64,000 nucleotides of DNA from Hydrurus foetidus (Eukaryota), in assembly GCA_900617105.1 (NCBI GenBank), contig UYFQ01000723.1:1-64000 (forward strand), read 5' to 3'. The notes under the pieces are model-generated. The model was not told the DNA's origin, ran no database searches, and worked only from the letters and a program-made list of their open reading frames with translations. Below are positions 8,666 to 22,308 of the stretch, in pieces; the first letter of the stretch is position 1, and every line of letters starts with the position of its first letter. A program made the position numbers and the translations under genes.

Positions 8666-9157
8666 TTATGGATTTGGTGTGCTTTGTCTGCCACCACCAT
8701 TGTTTTATATCTTTCCTTTAGTTTCCTGCCCTGGTTTGTGCACCTGCAACACCTGCATCTGCCAGGTTTTGATATTGTTCATAAAATACATTGGCTACTT
8801 TATAGCTTTCGGCAGCTACCACTCGTTTGGTTTGCTGCACTCTTGTTATTTGTGCCATCAACCAATTTTCGCTGTCTAATTGTTCAAAAAACTAACATCT
8901 TTAACCAACTCGGGGGCTAGTGCTGCATAGGCTGGTGGCAGCATTGCGTAAGCCTTCGGCATCGGTTACTGCCACAGCATCTTTTACAAAAACATAATTA
9001 TCTACATCAATACTGGGTGTGCATCTTCCTCCTCTTTTGTAAGGGTAACTGTTTTGCCGTTAATAATACCACTGTATGTGGTGTGGGCTGTGCCAAGCGA
9101 TGTAAGCTCGGCAGCAGTAAACGTGTTGCTAACACGATTGACATTAATGTTTGCCAT
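8666..9157 (-). CDS. Hypothetical alpha-helical protein (~160 aa)
   Basis: MANINVNRVSNTFTAAELTSL...SIDVDNYVFVKDAV...AESYKVANVFYEQYQNLADAGVAGAQTRAGKLKERYK (stitched). Confidence 0.7.
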
Positions 9158-9388
9158 AATTTCTTTGTTTTAAATGATTTAATAAATTAACAAGGCAAAA
9201 ATGAAAATTTGGTTTGATATTTTTGGGTGTTTTCACCCAAAATCATTGGGTGAAAACACCATTGTTTAAGCACAAAAAATATCTTATGCAAATTTTTAAT
9301 AATAGATAATCTCTTGAATAATTCGTCTCTCCGTCTATAGAAGAAGTCTTTAAACAATTCTGTTAGGTTGGCGTTTACACAAAGAAGA

Positions 9389-9420
9389 AAAAGGCTACTT
9401 TAAAAGAGGTAGCCTTTTTT
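9389..9420 (+). terminator. Rho-independent terminator-like hairpin
   Basis: AAAAGGCTAC...GTAGCCTTTTTT. Confidence 0.55.
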
Positions 9421-9543
9421 ATTACTTAAAACTGTGAATAATGTAATTAATAGCAGTTCTACTGTAACAAAAAGCACCATAATCAACAGCTTTGCAATAG
9501 TGATTTAACCAAAAACATATTACAAACACTAAAAACATACAAA

Positions 9544-10205
9544 ATGAAAACTTCAAAATTTTATTAATAACTGTTCTATCGATTAGCATTATTTCTACTA
9601 GCTGTAAATCGTGGAATAAATCTCAAAAGGTGCAGCCATTGGTGTTGCTGGTGGTGGTGCAGTTGGTGCAGTTGTTGGCAAAATTGCTGGCAATACTGCA
9701 TTGGGTGCTATTATTGGTGCATCGGTTGGTGGCGTTACAGGTGCAGTTATTGGACACAAAATGGATAAACAAGCAGCAGAAATGCAAAGAATATTCACGA
9801 TGCAAAAGTGGTGAGAGTGGGCGAAGGAATTGTGATTGAGTTTACAGCAAAATTTTATTTGGTGTAAATGAATCTAATCTTTCAACAGAAGCTCAAGGTA
9901 ATTTGGATAAATTAATTGTTGTGCTTCAAAAATATCTGATACCAATATTGAAGGACAAGGACACACAGACAACACAGGCTCGGCAAGTTATAATCAAACT
10001 TTGTCTGAACGCAGAGCTGCTGCTGTTTCAAACTATTTATCTCTAGTGGCATTGCTGCTTCAAGGCTTACTGTTAAAGGGTTTGGAGAAAAACACCTAAA
10101 TATGACAATAGTACAGAAGATGGGCAAGCACAAAATAGAAGGGTTGAATTTTTAGTTACAGCTAACGAAAAATGAAAGCAGAAACAAATAGAAGCAGGGA
10201 AGTAA
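9544..10205 (+). CDS. OmpA-family lipoprotein (glycine zipper plus OmpA C-terminal domain)
   Basis: KGAAIGVAGGGAVGA...MDKQAAE; GHTDNTGSASYNQTLSERRAAAV; NRRVEF. Confidence 0.9.
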
Positions 10206-10280
10206 TTGATAATTAAAAGTTGATAATTGACAATTAACCAATACAAACTTATTATTTCCTATTCACTACTAACACTAAAA

Positions 10281-10475
10281 ATGAACATAAAAAGAATTTT
10301 TGGAGCATTGCTAACAGCACTAGGCATAGCTGGACTTATTTATACGGCAATCTTATTTGTTAATAGCTCTTCTAATGGAGGCGTAACATTAAAACTCTTA
10401 TTACTTATGGCATACTTGGCTTGCTGTTTTTATTGCTGGAATTAATTTAGTTAGAACAACAAAGACGAATCATAA
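10281..10475 (+). CDS. Small two-TM membrane protein
   Basis: MNIKRIFGALLTALGIAGLIYTA...LVRTTKDES*. Confidence 0.75.
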
Positions 10476-10484
10476 TTAATAAAT

Positions 10485-10888
10485 ATGGAAAACAATTTAA
10501 ATGAAACTACTACACCACATCGCTCTGAAGTAGATCATACCATAGATGGAAGTCTTATAAAATTGACATTCACGAGTTCATTAATCAAATAAAGAACGAA
10601 AAACAATGGATGGAGGGCGATAGAAACGCTATTACTGTTTTAAAACAAATAGCAAGTATTGTGCTAGTGGGCTGCACAAAATGCTACAATGCCTAAACAT
10701 AAGGTTGATGGCACACTTAGTTTACACATATTAGATGGGGCTATACAAGTGGTAACTAATGAACAATCTGTTGATTTAAGCAAGGGCAAATGTTGGCATT
10801 AAATACATCTTTTGAGCATAGTATTTTAGCTACAGAAGAACCATTTTTGTTAACGCTTACAACCACGCCTGCAAGATTTATTGATTAA
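10485..10888 (+). CDS. Cupin-domain protein
   Basis: W..GDRNAITVFK...MPKHKVDGTLSLHILDGAIQV...HSILATEE. Confidence 0.75.
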
Positions 10889-10939
10889 GTTTTAATATCT
10901 TATTTTTTAATAGTCACATTTATTAAACCTTAAAATTTT

Positions 10940-11691
10940 TGTTTGTTTATATCAAAATATTTTTAATAATGTTAGTAGTATCTCACAGTTTACTATCGGG
11001 GTTTTAAGGAAGTTTTTATGCTCCTTACAGAAATAAAGGTTTATAAAACAATGCTACAACATTGGGTATAAATCTTTACCGTTAGTGTCTGATTACTGGT
11101 TTTATAATGGGGCTTGTATTAACACTACAATCTCGTCCAACATTAGCAGAGTTTGGTGCAGAATCCTGGTTGCCAGGTATGGTGGCACTTTCTTTAATAA
11201 AAGAAATTGCTCTGTTGTTGCTCTTGTTTGTTGCAGGAAAAATAGCATCGGTATTGGTGCAGAACTGGGCTCTATGAAGGTTACAAGAGCAAATTGATGC
11301 AATGGAAGTATCAGCTATTAATCACTTATAATTATTTGGTTGTTACCAAATTTTAGCAACCATTAATGATTCCTTTACTAGTTGTTTTTGCAGATGGCGT
11401 TGGAATTATTGGTGGTTATGTGGGCGTTAATATTCACAGTGATGTAAATATGATTCGTTACACCAATCAAGTGCTAGAGTCTATTGATTTTATTGATGCA
11501 ATACCTGCACTTATTAAAACTTTTTTCTTTGGATTTTTCATTGGATTGGTGGTTTGCTACAAAGTTTACAGCAGCTAATGGCACAGAGAGTGTTGGTAAA
11601 GCTGCTAATTCAGCAGTTGTTGTTGCATCGTTAAGTGTGTTTATCATAGATATGTTGGCGGTTCAAATTGTTGATCTTTTTATTAAAATAA
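10940..11691 (+). CDS. mlaE: MlaE-family ABC transporter permease (start approximate)
   Basis: SGIGAELGSMKVT.QIDAMEV; GTESVGKAANSAVVVAS. Confidence 0.85.
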
Positions 11692-12445
11692 ATGATAACT
11701 GACGAAAAAATATTACAAAAAGATACAGAAATTGTTATAGATATTAAGAGATTATAAATCTTTTGGTGAAAACAATGATGTATTAAAAGGCGTTAACCTA
11801 TCTGTAAAGAAAGGTGAAAATTTGGTTGTCATTGGCAAGTCAGGCTCTGGAAAATCTATTACCATCAAATGTTTGGTAAGATTAGTAGAAGCAGACAAAG
11901 GTGAAATAAAAGTATTTGATACAGATGTTACTAAACTTACTAATGCCGAACTGAATGCCATTAGAATAAGAGTGGGTTTTGTTTCAAAATGCGGCTTTAT
12001 ATGATTCTATGACAGTGAGGAGAATTTATCTTTTCCACTGAAACGGCATTCAAAAAGTTATCGGCAGATGAAATAGAAAAAGCCATTATTGAGACTTTAA
12101 AAGTGTTGGACTTGAAGAAGCAATTGATAAAATGCCATCTGAATTGTCGGGTGGAATGCGTAAAAGAATTGGTCTTGCACGCACCTTGATTTTAAACCAA
12201 AATTATTTTGTATGATGAACCAACAACGGGTTTAGACACTATAACTTCAAGAGAAATTAGTAATCTTATCTTGGAAATTCAAAAGAAAAACAAAACAACT
12301 TCTCTTATTATAACACACGATATGGCTTGTGCTAAATTAACCGGAGATAGAATTGTTGTGTTAAAAGATGGAGTTGTTATACTGAAGGAACATACGAAGT
12401 TTAGAAAAAAGTGAAGATGAATGGGTACGTTCATTCTTCGCTTAA
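11692..12445 (+). CDS. mlaF: MlaF-family ABC ATP-binding protein
   Basis: Walker [31 protein letters not shown]. Confidence 0.9.
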
Positions 12446-12467
12446 ATTATTACTAAATACCAAAGAA

Positions 12468-13264
12468 ATGAAAAAAGAAAATGGGTTTTATGGAAACTAG
12501 GAATGTTTGTAGCAATAGGTTTATTGCTGCTTGTATCAACAATATATTTTATTGGTAAACGACAAAATATGTTTGGTTCAACCTTTTCATTTAAAAAGCA
12601 AATTTACAACCGTTAGTGGATTAAAATTGGGCAATAATGTTAGATTCTCTGGCATTAATGTGGGCACTGTAAACAATATAGAAATACTATCAGACACTTC
12701 TGTTTTAGTAGAGGTTGTGATAAAAAAGAAATACAAAATTCATTAAAACAAATGCACTGGCAAGTATTGGCAGTGATGGTTTAATGGACGATAAAGTATT
12801 AATGGTATCACCAGGTATATATGATGATTCTATTGTTTATTCGCCAATAAAAGATAGTGCTTTATTGCCACAAAAGTGCTGTTGAAATGGATGACATTAT
12901 GTATAGTGTAAAAAACAGTGTAGATAATGTAGATATTATTACCAGCGAATTAGCAGAGTTTACTAAATTAAATAATGCAAAGGAGCTTTGTCTAAGTTAA
13001 TGACAGATGAAAAGTTTGGTAGCAAACTTGATGCAACGATGAATAATTTACAAGCAGTTCAAAGGATTGAGTGAAAATATGGAGGCTGCTAAACACAACT
13101 TTTATTAAGAGGTTTCTTTAAGAAAAAAGAAAAAGAGCTACAAAAAGAAAGAAGAAGAAGCTAAGAAAATAGAGGATGCTAAGAAACAAGTAGAAAAAGA
13201 TAAAAACAGACAGATAGAGAGAAGAAAGAGGTTAAAGACAATAATTAAAATAATACCACAATAG
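12468..13264 (+). CDS. mlaD: MlaD/MCE-family protein
   Basis: VSGLKLGNNVRFSGINVGTV; ASIGSDGLM; Lys/Glu-rich tail. Confidence 0.85.
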
Positions 13265-13301
13265 TTAAGAGCAGGTTTTATCATTAGTTTATTAAATTTA
13301 A

Positions 13302-13713
13302 ATGAACAACAGTAAAACAAATTTTAGAAAGTAAACCTTCATATTTTAATGTGGTTACACCAAACACGTCAGTAATAAATGCTTTGCAAGTAATGAAAAG
13401 AGAAATCTGAGCTATGTTGTTGTGATGTTTGAGGAGAATTTTCAGGGTGTGATGAGTGAAAAGACTATTCACGCAAAGTAATTCTTGAGGGCAAAATTCA
13501 ACCGATACTCAAGTAAAAGAAATTATGCTAGCGATATTCCTTTGTTGACGTTAACGATACATCTGACAAGTGCCTGCACAACAATGGATGCTTTTAAAGT
13601 TAGGTGTTTACCAGTGCTAGATGACCAACATTTTGGAGGAATTATTACACTGCGATATAATGAGAGGTATGCTCTATCGAAAAAATCAATGCAAATTCTT
13701 TGAAGTTGTTTAA
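13302..13713 (+). CDS. CBS-domain protein
   Basis: VKQILESKP...TPNTSVINALQVMK...GVMSEKDYSRKVIL...LPVLD. Confidence 0.7.
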
Positions 13714-13960
13714 TGATGATTATTAAACAAGAGCAGAAATTTGGTTGCATTTTTAACATTATATAACATTACAAGCAAATCTTTATAATAAAAGGTCTTT
13801 AGTGTTATAATGTATATAAATCAACCTAAATCAGTAGTTTTAGATTTGTTGTTTATTAAATAATAAAAATTCTTCGCACATTATAGCATACATTTACCGA
13901 ATACTGGATGCTTTTTTAGTTAATAAAGAGTGTTCGTTATAATTTTCAACTGCAAAATAA

Positions 13961-16900
13961 TTGCGAAATAAACAACACTTTTACCCAATACCCCAAAGAC
14001 TATTTCTAAAAACACCAGGCAAAAATCTTCTCTTCACAAAACAATACTACTGTAGTAAATTCATTTACTGTTGTTGCAATTGGTGCATCAGCAGGAGGTT
14101 TAGAAGCCATTACACAATTTCTGCAAAGCCTCTCTCCTACTACAGGTATGGCATATATTTATGTGCAGCACCTCAGCCCAGATCATAAAAAGTATTTAAG
14201 TGAACTGCTTTCAAAGACCACAAAAATGAAAGTGCAGGATGTGGAAGATATGGACAAGATAGAACCAACAGTGTTTATGTAATTCCCTACAACAAAGCAA
14301 TTGAAGTAACTGATGGGCATATAAAATTATTACCACGACCATCAAAATCTTATATTCTTAGCATTGATATTTTATTTTCTTCTTTAGCCGAAACGCATAA
14401 AGAAAACGTGATTGGCATTGTACTTTCGGGCAGTGCAAATGATAGCACACAAGGATTAAAGAAATTAAAACTGCTGGAGGAATCACTTTGCACAAGATTC
14501 AGCAAAATATAGTAGTATGCCAAAATCTGCCATTGCTGCTGGTGTGGTTGATTTTATTTTGTCACCAAAAGACATTGCTAAGAAATTAAACTGGATGAGC
14601 AAGCATCCTTTAATTAAAAGAAATGGTGTAAAAATTTACCCGAAGATGAAATTGATAATAACAATCTTGACCTGAAATTTATACTGCAACTTTTATATAA
14701 AAAGAATGTAGATTTTAGTTATTATAAAATGAACACCATTAAACGAAGGATTTTGCGAAGAATGGTGATACATAAAATTGCTTTAAAACAATATGCAAAG
14801 TATGTAGAAGAGGAAAGTAATGAAGTGAATTTATTGTATGAAGATTTGCTAATTAACGTTACCGAATTTTTAGAGACCGAAGCTTTTTATTGTTAAAGAA
14901 AACAGTATTACCTCGATTACCAAAAGCAAAACACAAGGCGAAGCATTGCGTATTTGGTGGCTGCTTGTGCCACAGGCGAGGAGAGTGTATTCTTTGCAAT
15001 GCTATTATTTGAAATACAAGATAATAAAATTAAACCATTCCTTTTCAGATTTTCGCTTCCGATTTAAGTGAGGGTGCCATTGCAGAAGCCAGGATTGGCG
15101 AGTATTCTGATGAACAACTTAAAATGTTTCTGCAAAAAGATTGCAACGTTTTTTACCAGAGTAAAGATAAATATCGTGTTTCAAAATTGCTGCGAGATGT
15201 GTGCATTTTGCCCACACAATATTTTAAACGACCCTCCATTTTCAAGAATGGATTTAATAAGTTGCCGTAACTTGTTGATTTATTTTGAACTGCCTGCACA
15301 AAAAGCCCTAACAACTTTTCATTACGCACTCAACGATAATGGTTGTTTAATGTTGGGCAAATCAGAAACCATTGGCTCATCTGCTCATTTATTTACTACG
15401 CCTCTTAATAAAAAATAAAATATATACCCGAAAAATAGTTCAGGTAACAACAGATTAACTGATATTACACCTCGTATTCTTCAAAATTCAATTGAGAAAA
15501 GTATCAATACAATTCCAAAATTACCGGCAACAAATGGTAATCTTAGCAATGCTTTCGATTCTTTTTACTTGCTCAGTATATGCCAGCAAGTGTGGTTATT
15601 ATATCGTGATTTAGAGATTTTGCAATTAGAGGTGCAACATCATTGTATCTTCAAAATGCTTCGGGCAAAGCCAGTTTAAATATCTTAAAAATGGCTCATA
15701 TTGAATCACATTTGAGCTTCGTAATGCCATTCATCACTCCATAAAAACAAAACAAACCGTTCGCAAAACAGGCATCGAAATGAATAGAATAAGTGATGGT
15801 TTGTTGAAAATTGTGAACAGAAGTATCGCCACTTAAAATAGAAGGAGAAGAAGATTTATTAGTTATTGTTTTACAGCAGAGCAACCAAAAAGATCATTGA
15901 CCAAAATAATAAAATGGTAATAGCAATTCCATTGCAAAAATAGAAGAATAAAAAGTTGGAAGAAGAAATTTCCGCTGCTCGTTTGATATGGCTTCTATTA
16001 CCCAAGATCAAGAAGCTGCTAACGAAGAACTGCAAAGTGCCAATGAAGAAATTGTTTCGAGCAATGAAGAATTGCAAAGTTTAAACGAAGAACTAGAAAC
16101 ATCAAAAGAAGAAATAGAATCTACCAATGAAGAATTGATTACTACCAACCAAAATTACAGGCACGCATTCAACAGGTAGAATTGTATAATTACAATCAAA
16201 TTATTCTTGATACCATTCACGAGCCAATGCTCATTCTTGATAAAAATATTCGTATCAAATCTGCCAATAAATCCTTCTGCAAAGCCTTTCACGTTTCAGA
16301 AGAAGAAAGCATTGGAATATCTTTATACAAACTGGGAAATAACCAATGGAACATTCCACGTCTGCGTGAATTAGTAGAAGAAATTATCCCCTAAAACAAT
16401 CGTTTTCAAACTTTGAAGCAGAACATACTTTTCCTGTTATTGGTCATAAATAATGTTGTTAAATGCACATCGCATTATTCAAAAAAGCAATAATGAAAGA
16501 ACTAATCGTACTATCAATTATTGATATTACAGATACAAGAAAATTAGCACTTGCACTACAAGAAAAAGAAAAGAAAATATTAGAGTTCAGTTGGAAGCCG
16601 AGAAAAAAGAAAAAATAATTGAAGACAGCGAGAACGCTACAATATGATGCTGATGCAATCGCCCTATGCCTTTGCAATATTAAAAGGGAAAGACAAAGTG
16701 ATTACACTTGCCAACGACCGTGTGAAAGAAATGGGGAAAAGGAAATGATGTAGAAGGTAAACCATTTCTTAAATTGCTACCCGAATTAAAAAAACACCCT
16801 TATCCTGCTTTGCTTGATGAGGTATATGCCACAGGTATTCTTATCAAAATGCCGAATCTCCAGCATCTATTGTACGCAATGGAATTGTTGAAACAAGTTA

Positions 16901-18600
16901 TTTTAATTTTGTTTATCAGCCCTATCATGAAGCAGATGAAACCATATCGGTGTTACTATTATTGCTATAGAAGTAACAGCTGATGTGGTGGTTAAAAGCA
17001 CTGGAAGCCCAACATAATGCAGAAAAAAAGAAAAGAAATTTTAGTAAAAACAAGTGAGCATTTTAATAGATTGGTAAAAGATTGCCTGCTGCTGTTTACT
17101 CTTGCGATGCAAAATGGATTTATCAATTTTTATAACGATGCAGCAGTTGAAGTTTGTGGTTATAAACCCAAATTGGCAAAGACCTTTGGTGTGGTTTTAT
17201 AAAATTTTTAATATTGATGTTACAGTTGTACCATTAGATAAATACCAATGGCAATGGCATTGCAAGAAGGTCGTAGTATGATGGGTGAGGAAATAATTAT
17301 TGAAAGACCCGATGGCAGCCAACGCCACGTATTGGTACATCCACAGCCACAGTTTGGCTTAGATGGCGAAATTATTGGTGCTATTAATATGGTAATTGAT
17401 ATTACTGATGAAGTGATAGCAAAAATGAATTAATAGTAGCTAAAAGCAAAGCAGAACAAAAACACAAATTGCAGAAGATGCAGTAAAAGCAAAGCAGCAA
17501 TTTTGAGCAATATGAACGAAATTCGCACACCAATGAATGCCATTATTGGTTTTACGAATGTGCTGTTAAAAACAAATTTAGATGAATCTCAAAAGAATAT
17601 CTCAATGCCATTAAAATTTCTGGCGATGCATTAATTGTTCTAATCAATGATATTTTAGACCTTACTAAAATAAATTCTGGTAAAATGACCTTTGAGCAAA
17701 CACAGTTTGATTTAAAGTATTCCATTACTACCATTCTGCAATTATTCAACCAAAAGTTAAAGAGAACAATGTTGAATTGATTAAGGAATACGACAATAAT
17801 ATTCCTTCCATTTTATTGGGTGATCCACTTCGCTTACATAAATATTATTAAACCTTTTAAGCAATGCTGTAAAGTTTACTAAAGAAGGTACCATAACAAT
17901 TTGTGTTAAAATATTGAATGAAGATGCTGAAAAATAACTATTGAATTTTTCGCTCTGTGATACTGGTATTGGCATCCCTGCAAATAAACTAAAACATTTT
18001 CAACAGTTTTGAACAAGCTTCACAGGAACCTCTCGTTCTTATGGAGGCTCTGGTTTGGGGCTAGCCATTGCAAAACAATTGGTGGAATTACAAGGTGGTA
18101 ATATTAGTGTAACCAGCAAAGTGGGCAAAGGCTCAATCTTTGTATTTACACTTGATTTTATGAAAGTAAATGCGTTGCCATACAGCAAGCAGAGCAAGCA
18201 AATAAATTAATTCAAGATGAATCTGCTATAAAGCCACTAACCAAGACTATCAAGGTTTTGGTGGCAGAAGATGTTGCTTTAAATCAATTGCTGATAAAGA
18301 TAATTTTAATGGATTTTGGGTTCGAGTTTGATATTGCAGCCAATGGTAAAAAGCGATTGAACAGTTGCAAAAATAAGTATGATATTATTTTAATGGATTT
18401 GCAAATGCCCGAAATGGATGGCTTTGAACTCACCGATTATATTAGAAACAAACTACAATCTACTATACCAATTATTGCCCTCACAGCAGATGTAACCACC
18501 ATAGATGTGGCAAAATGTTCAGCTATTGGAATGAACGACTATATATCAAAACCAATTGACGAAAAATTGCTTTATAGTAAGATTATAAAAGTATATTTAG
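13961..18600 (+). CDS. CheB-CheR-PAS hybrid histidine kinase/response regulator (many frameshifts; start approximate)
   Basis: Che[24 protein letters not shown]; Che[22 protein letters not shown]; coiled coil [33 protein letters not shown] repeats; H-box [37 protein letters not shown]. Confidence 0.85.
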
Positions 18601-18700
18601 TGAAAATACAAATGTGTGAATTATGCAAGTATCTTTTAGTACTGTGCAATTCTATAACCTTGATGCTAGACCAATTTTGTTGCGTCTATAAAAAATAAAT

Positions 18701-19266
18701 TTGAAACTATTTATAAAATATATGGTCAGCATTCGCTGCAAGATGATGGTGAAAGAAGTGTTGCGAAAGCTTGAACTTCACTTTATTGTTGTTGACTTAG
18801 GCGAAGTAGAGATAATGAAACCATTTCTACAGCACAGCGAGAGCAATTGAAAAAGAGTTATTAGATATTGGGCTGGAACTAATGGATGACAAACGAGCCA
18901 TTTTAATTGAAAAAATAAAAATGCTGTGGTACAAATGGTGCATCATTCTGACACGGAATTACGCGTTAATTTTCACATTACTTAAGTGAAAAACTCGACT
19001 ACGATTATACTTATATGGCGAACCTTTTTCTGAAGTACAAGGTATTTGAACATTTCATAATTTCATAAAGTTGAAAAGATAAAAGAACTAATTATTTATG
19101 GCGAAATTAAGAATTTAACTGAAATTTGGGAAAATGAATTATAGTAGCGTTGCACATTTATCAAATCAATTTAAAAAGCAACAGGATTATCGCCTTCGCA
19201 TTTTAAAAATTTAAAAGATAAAAGAAGCCCAATAGAAGAAATTGAAACACAAACGATAATAATTAA
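18701..19266 (+). CDS. AraC-family transcriptional regulator
   Basis: MKLFIKYMVSIRCKMMVKEVL...YLSEKLDYDYTY...YSSVAHLSNQFK..TGLSPSHFK. Confidence 0.85.
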
Positions 19267-19324
19267 AAGTAAAGTATTAGAACATTTTAAGTTTATAAAT
19301 CGGTAAGATTAAACGAAAATTGAT

Positions 19325-21745
19325 ATGGATAAATTGCAAAATCAGTAGAGACAAGTTAATTATTGCGAATAAGGAACTTGCTTTTCAAAATGAAGAGAAG
19401 GGAAAACGTGCAGCAGAATTAGTTATTGCTAATAAAGAGCTTGCTTTTCAAGATGAAGAAAAGGAAAACGTGCAGCAGAATTGGGTATCGCCATTATAGA
19501 ACTTGCTTTTCAAGATGATGAAAAAGTGAAGCGTGCAGATGAATTAATTATTGCTAACAAAGAACTTCTTTATCAAAATGATGAAAAAGAAAACGTGCAA
19601 ATGAATTAATCATTGCCAATAAAGAACTTGCTTTTCCAAAATTGATGAAGGAAAAACGTGCAAATGAGTTAATCATTGCCAATAAAGAACTTGCTTTCAG
19701 AATGATGAAAAGAAAAAGCGTGCAAATGAATTAATTATTGCTAATAAAGAACTTGTTTTCAAAACGATGAGAAGGCAAAACGTGTAGCAGAATTAGGCAT
19801 TGCAAACTATGCAAGAAGCCTTATAGAAGCCAGTCTTGATCCACTTTTCACCATTAACACGGAAGGTAAAATAATGGATATGAATAACGCTTCAATCAAC
19901 GTTTTAGGTAAGTCTCCAAAGAATTAATTGATACTGATTTTTTGATTATTTCACCGAGCCAACAAAAGCAAGAGAAGGTTATCGTGAAGTTTTTGCAAAA
20001 GGATTTGTAGCAGATTATCCATTAACAATTAAGGATCATAAATTAACAGATGTATTATTCAATGGCTCTATTTACAAAGATGAAGCAGGAAATGTATTGG
20101 GCGTTGTTGTTGTGGCAAGAGATATTACTGAACAAAAATATTTGAAAAGGATTAACCGAAGCAAAAATATTTGCCGAGTTAGCTACAACCATTGCTGAAG
20201 ATGCTCAAAGCAAAGCAGAGCTGCAATGCGTATTGCAGAAGATGCTGTGAAAGCAAAGCAGCAATTTTTAAGCAATATGAGCCACGAAATTCGCACCCAA
20301 TGAATGCTATTATTGGTTTTACAAAAGTGGTGCTGAAAACAGATTTATCTGCCAAACAAAAGAATATTTAACAGCCATTAAAATGAGTGGCGATGCATTG
20401 ATTGTTTTAATAAATGACATTCTTGATTTAGCAAAAGTGGATGCTGAGTAAAATGACATTTGAGCAAACACCTTTTAAAATGGCAATGTCTATTGCTGCA
20501 ATGTTGCATTTATTTGAAACAAAAATTCAAGAGAAAAATTTAGAGTTGGTTAAAGAATATGATACCAATATTCCAGAAGTTTTAATTGGTGATTCGGTGC
20601 GTTTGCATCAAATTATTTTAAACCTTGTAAGCAATGCTGTAAAGTTTACGAACGAAGGCAAAATCATAGCTAGTGCGTTTGAAAAGTGAAGATGAAGAAA
20701 TGTAATGCTTGAATTTGCTATTACCGATACTGGAATTGGTATTTCGGAAAATAAGTTGGATAAAATTTTTGAGAATTTTCAACAAGCATCTAGTGGCACA
20801 TCAAGATTGTTTGGTGGCACAGGTTTAGGACTTGCTATTGTGAAACAATTAGTAGAATCACAAGGTGGAAAAATTAGCGTAAAAAGTAAAGTTGATATAG
20901 GCTCTACTTTAGTTTTACTTTAAGTTTTAAGAAAACAAAAGAAGCTGCCGAAATAGAAAATGGCAGTTGAAGTGAATAGAGAAATTAAAAATATTAAGGT
21001 GTTAGTAGTAGAAGATATTGCACTCAATCAACTTTTGATGAAACATTATTAGATGATTTTGGCTTTGAAAGAACATTGCTGGCAATGGAAAAATTGCTAT
21101 TGAAAAACTACAAACAAAACTTACGATATTATTTTAATGGATTTGCAAATGCCCGAAATGAATGGTTGGAAGCCACAACATATATTCGTAACACAATGAA
21201 ATTAAATGTTCCTATTATTGCCTTAACAGCCGATGTAACCACAGTTGATTTAGCAAAATGCAAAGCAGTAGGAATGAATGATTACATAGCAAAACCTGTT
21301 GATGAAAGAGTATTGTATAGTAAAATAATTGGATTGGTAAAAAACAACAGCTATTAAATTGGAGGAAAATGTGATGAACGCAAACAAAAATTAAAGTATA
21401 TTGACTTGGAATATTTAATGCATCGAACCAAGTCGAATCTGAATTGATGATGGAAATGATTTCGCTTTATTTAGAGCAAACACCGCCATTGATAAAGCAA
21501 TGAGGAAAGTTTGCTAAAAAGATTAGCAAACTTTGTATGCAGCCGTACATAAAATGATTCCATCTTTTCTATAGTTGGCATACATACAGACTTTGAAGCA
21601 ATGGCTAAAAAATACAAGATTTTGCCAATAGTCAAACAATTAATGAAGGCATTCAAGATTTAGTGTTGCAGCTAGAAACTGTCTGTACACAAGCTTGTGA
21701 AGAATTGAAGAAGAATTAAACCGAATTAAAAACACTGGAAAATGA
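19325..21745 (+). CDS. Hybrid PAS histidine kinase-REC(-Hpt) with N-terminal 21-aa repeats
   Basis: YARSLIEASLDPL PAS; FLSNMSHEIRTP; GGTGLGLAIVKQLVE; REC; Hpt-like 21370-21745 is probably fused but could be a separate gene. Confidence 0.85.
19353..19810 (+). repeat. 63 bp coding tandem repeat, 7 copies plus a partial
   Basis: Unit encodes approximately ELIIANKELAFQNDEKEKRAN. Confidence 0.9.
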
Positions 21746-22166
21746 ATAACGAAAAAGAAAAAATTTTCTTAGTAGATGATGATGCATTGTTTTTAAAATC
21801 ATTAGAAATCGATTTTTTGGAACACAATGATTTTGTGGTTGAAACATATCCTACTGGAGAGTTGTGTATTAAAAATTTAGAGCATAAACCCGACGTAATT
21901 ATTTTAGATTATCATTTAGATGGTATTGATAAAAATGCAATGAATGGTCTGCAAACATTGGATAAAATTAAAAATTTTAATCCCGATATTCCTGTTATAA
22001 TGTTATCCTCAAGATAAAATTGATGTTGCCATTAACTGTATGCATCACAAGGCATTTGACTACGTAGTTAAAAGCGAAACTGCTTTTATGCGATTACAAA
22101 ATCATTGTTTCTATTTTCTATATAAAAAATGGAGAAAGAATTAGTTGGTATATGAATAGAATGTAA
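21742..22166 (+). CDS. Single-domain response regulator
   Basis: IFLVDDDALF...PDVIILDYHLD...PVIMLSS...AFDYVVK. Confidence 0.9.
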
Positions 22167-22308
22167 TTTTTGTTGTTAATTCCAACTACCATATATTAAT
22201 CCTATTCGCAAATGTGTGAATGCTGTAAATAATATTCATCACTATAACACTGTTGTATCAAACAACTTTGCATTGTAACAATTCAGTTACAAGTAAAGTT
22301 AATTACAA

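Noticed and set aside
9320..9340. TTCGTCTCTCCG as a tRNA 3' remnant (att site) bounding an island
   Set aside because: The match is short, in the wrong orientation and not identical to the tRNA-Ala 3' end.
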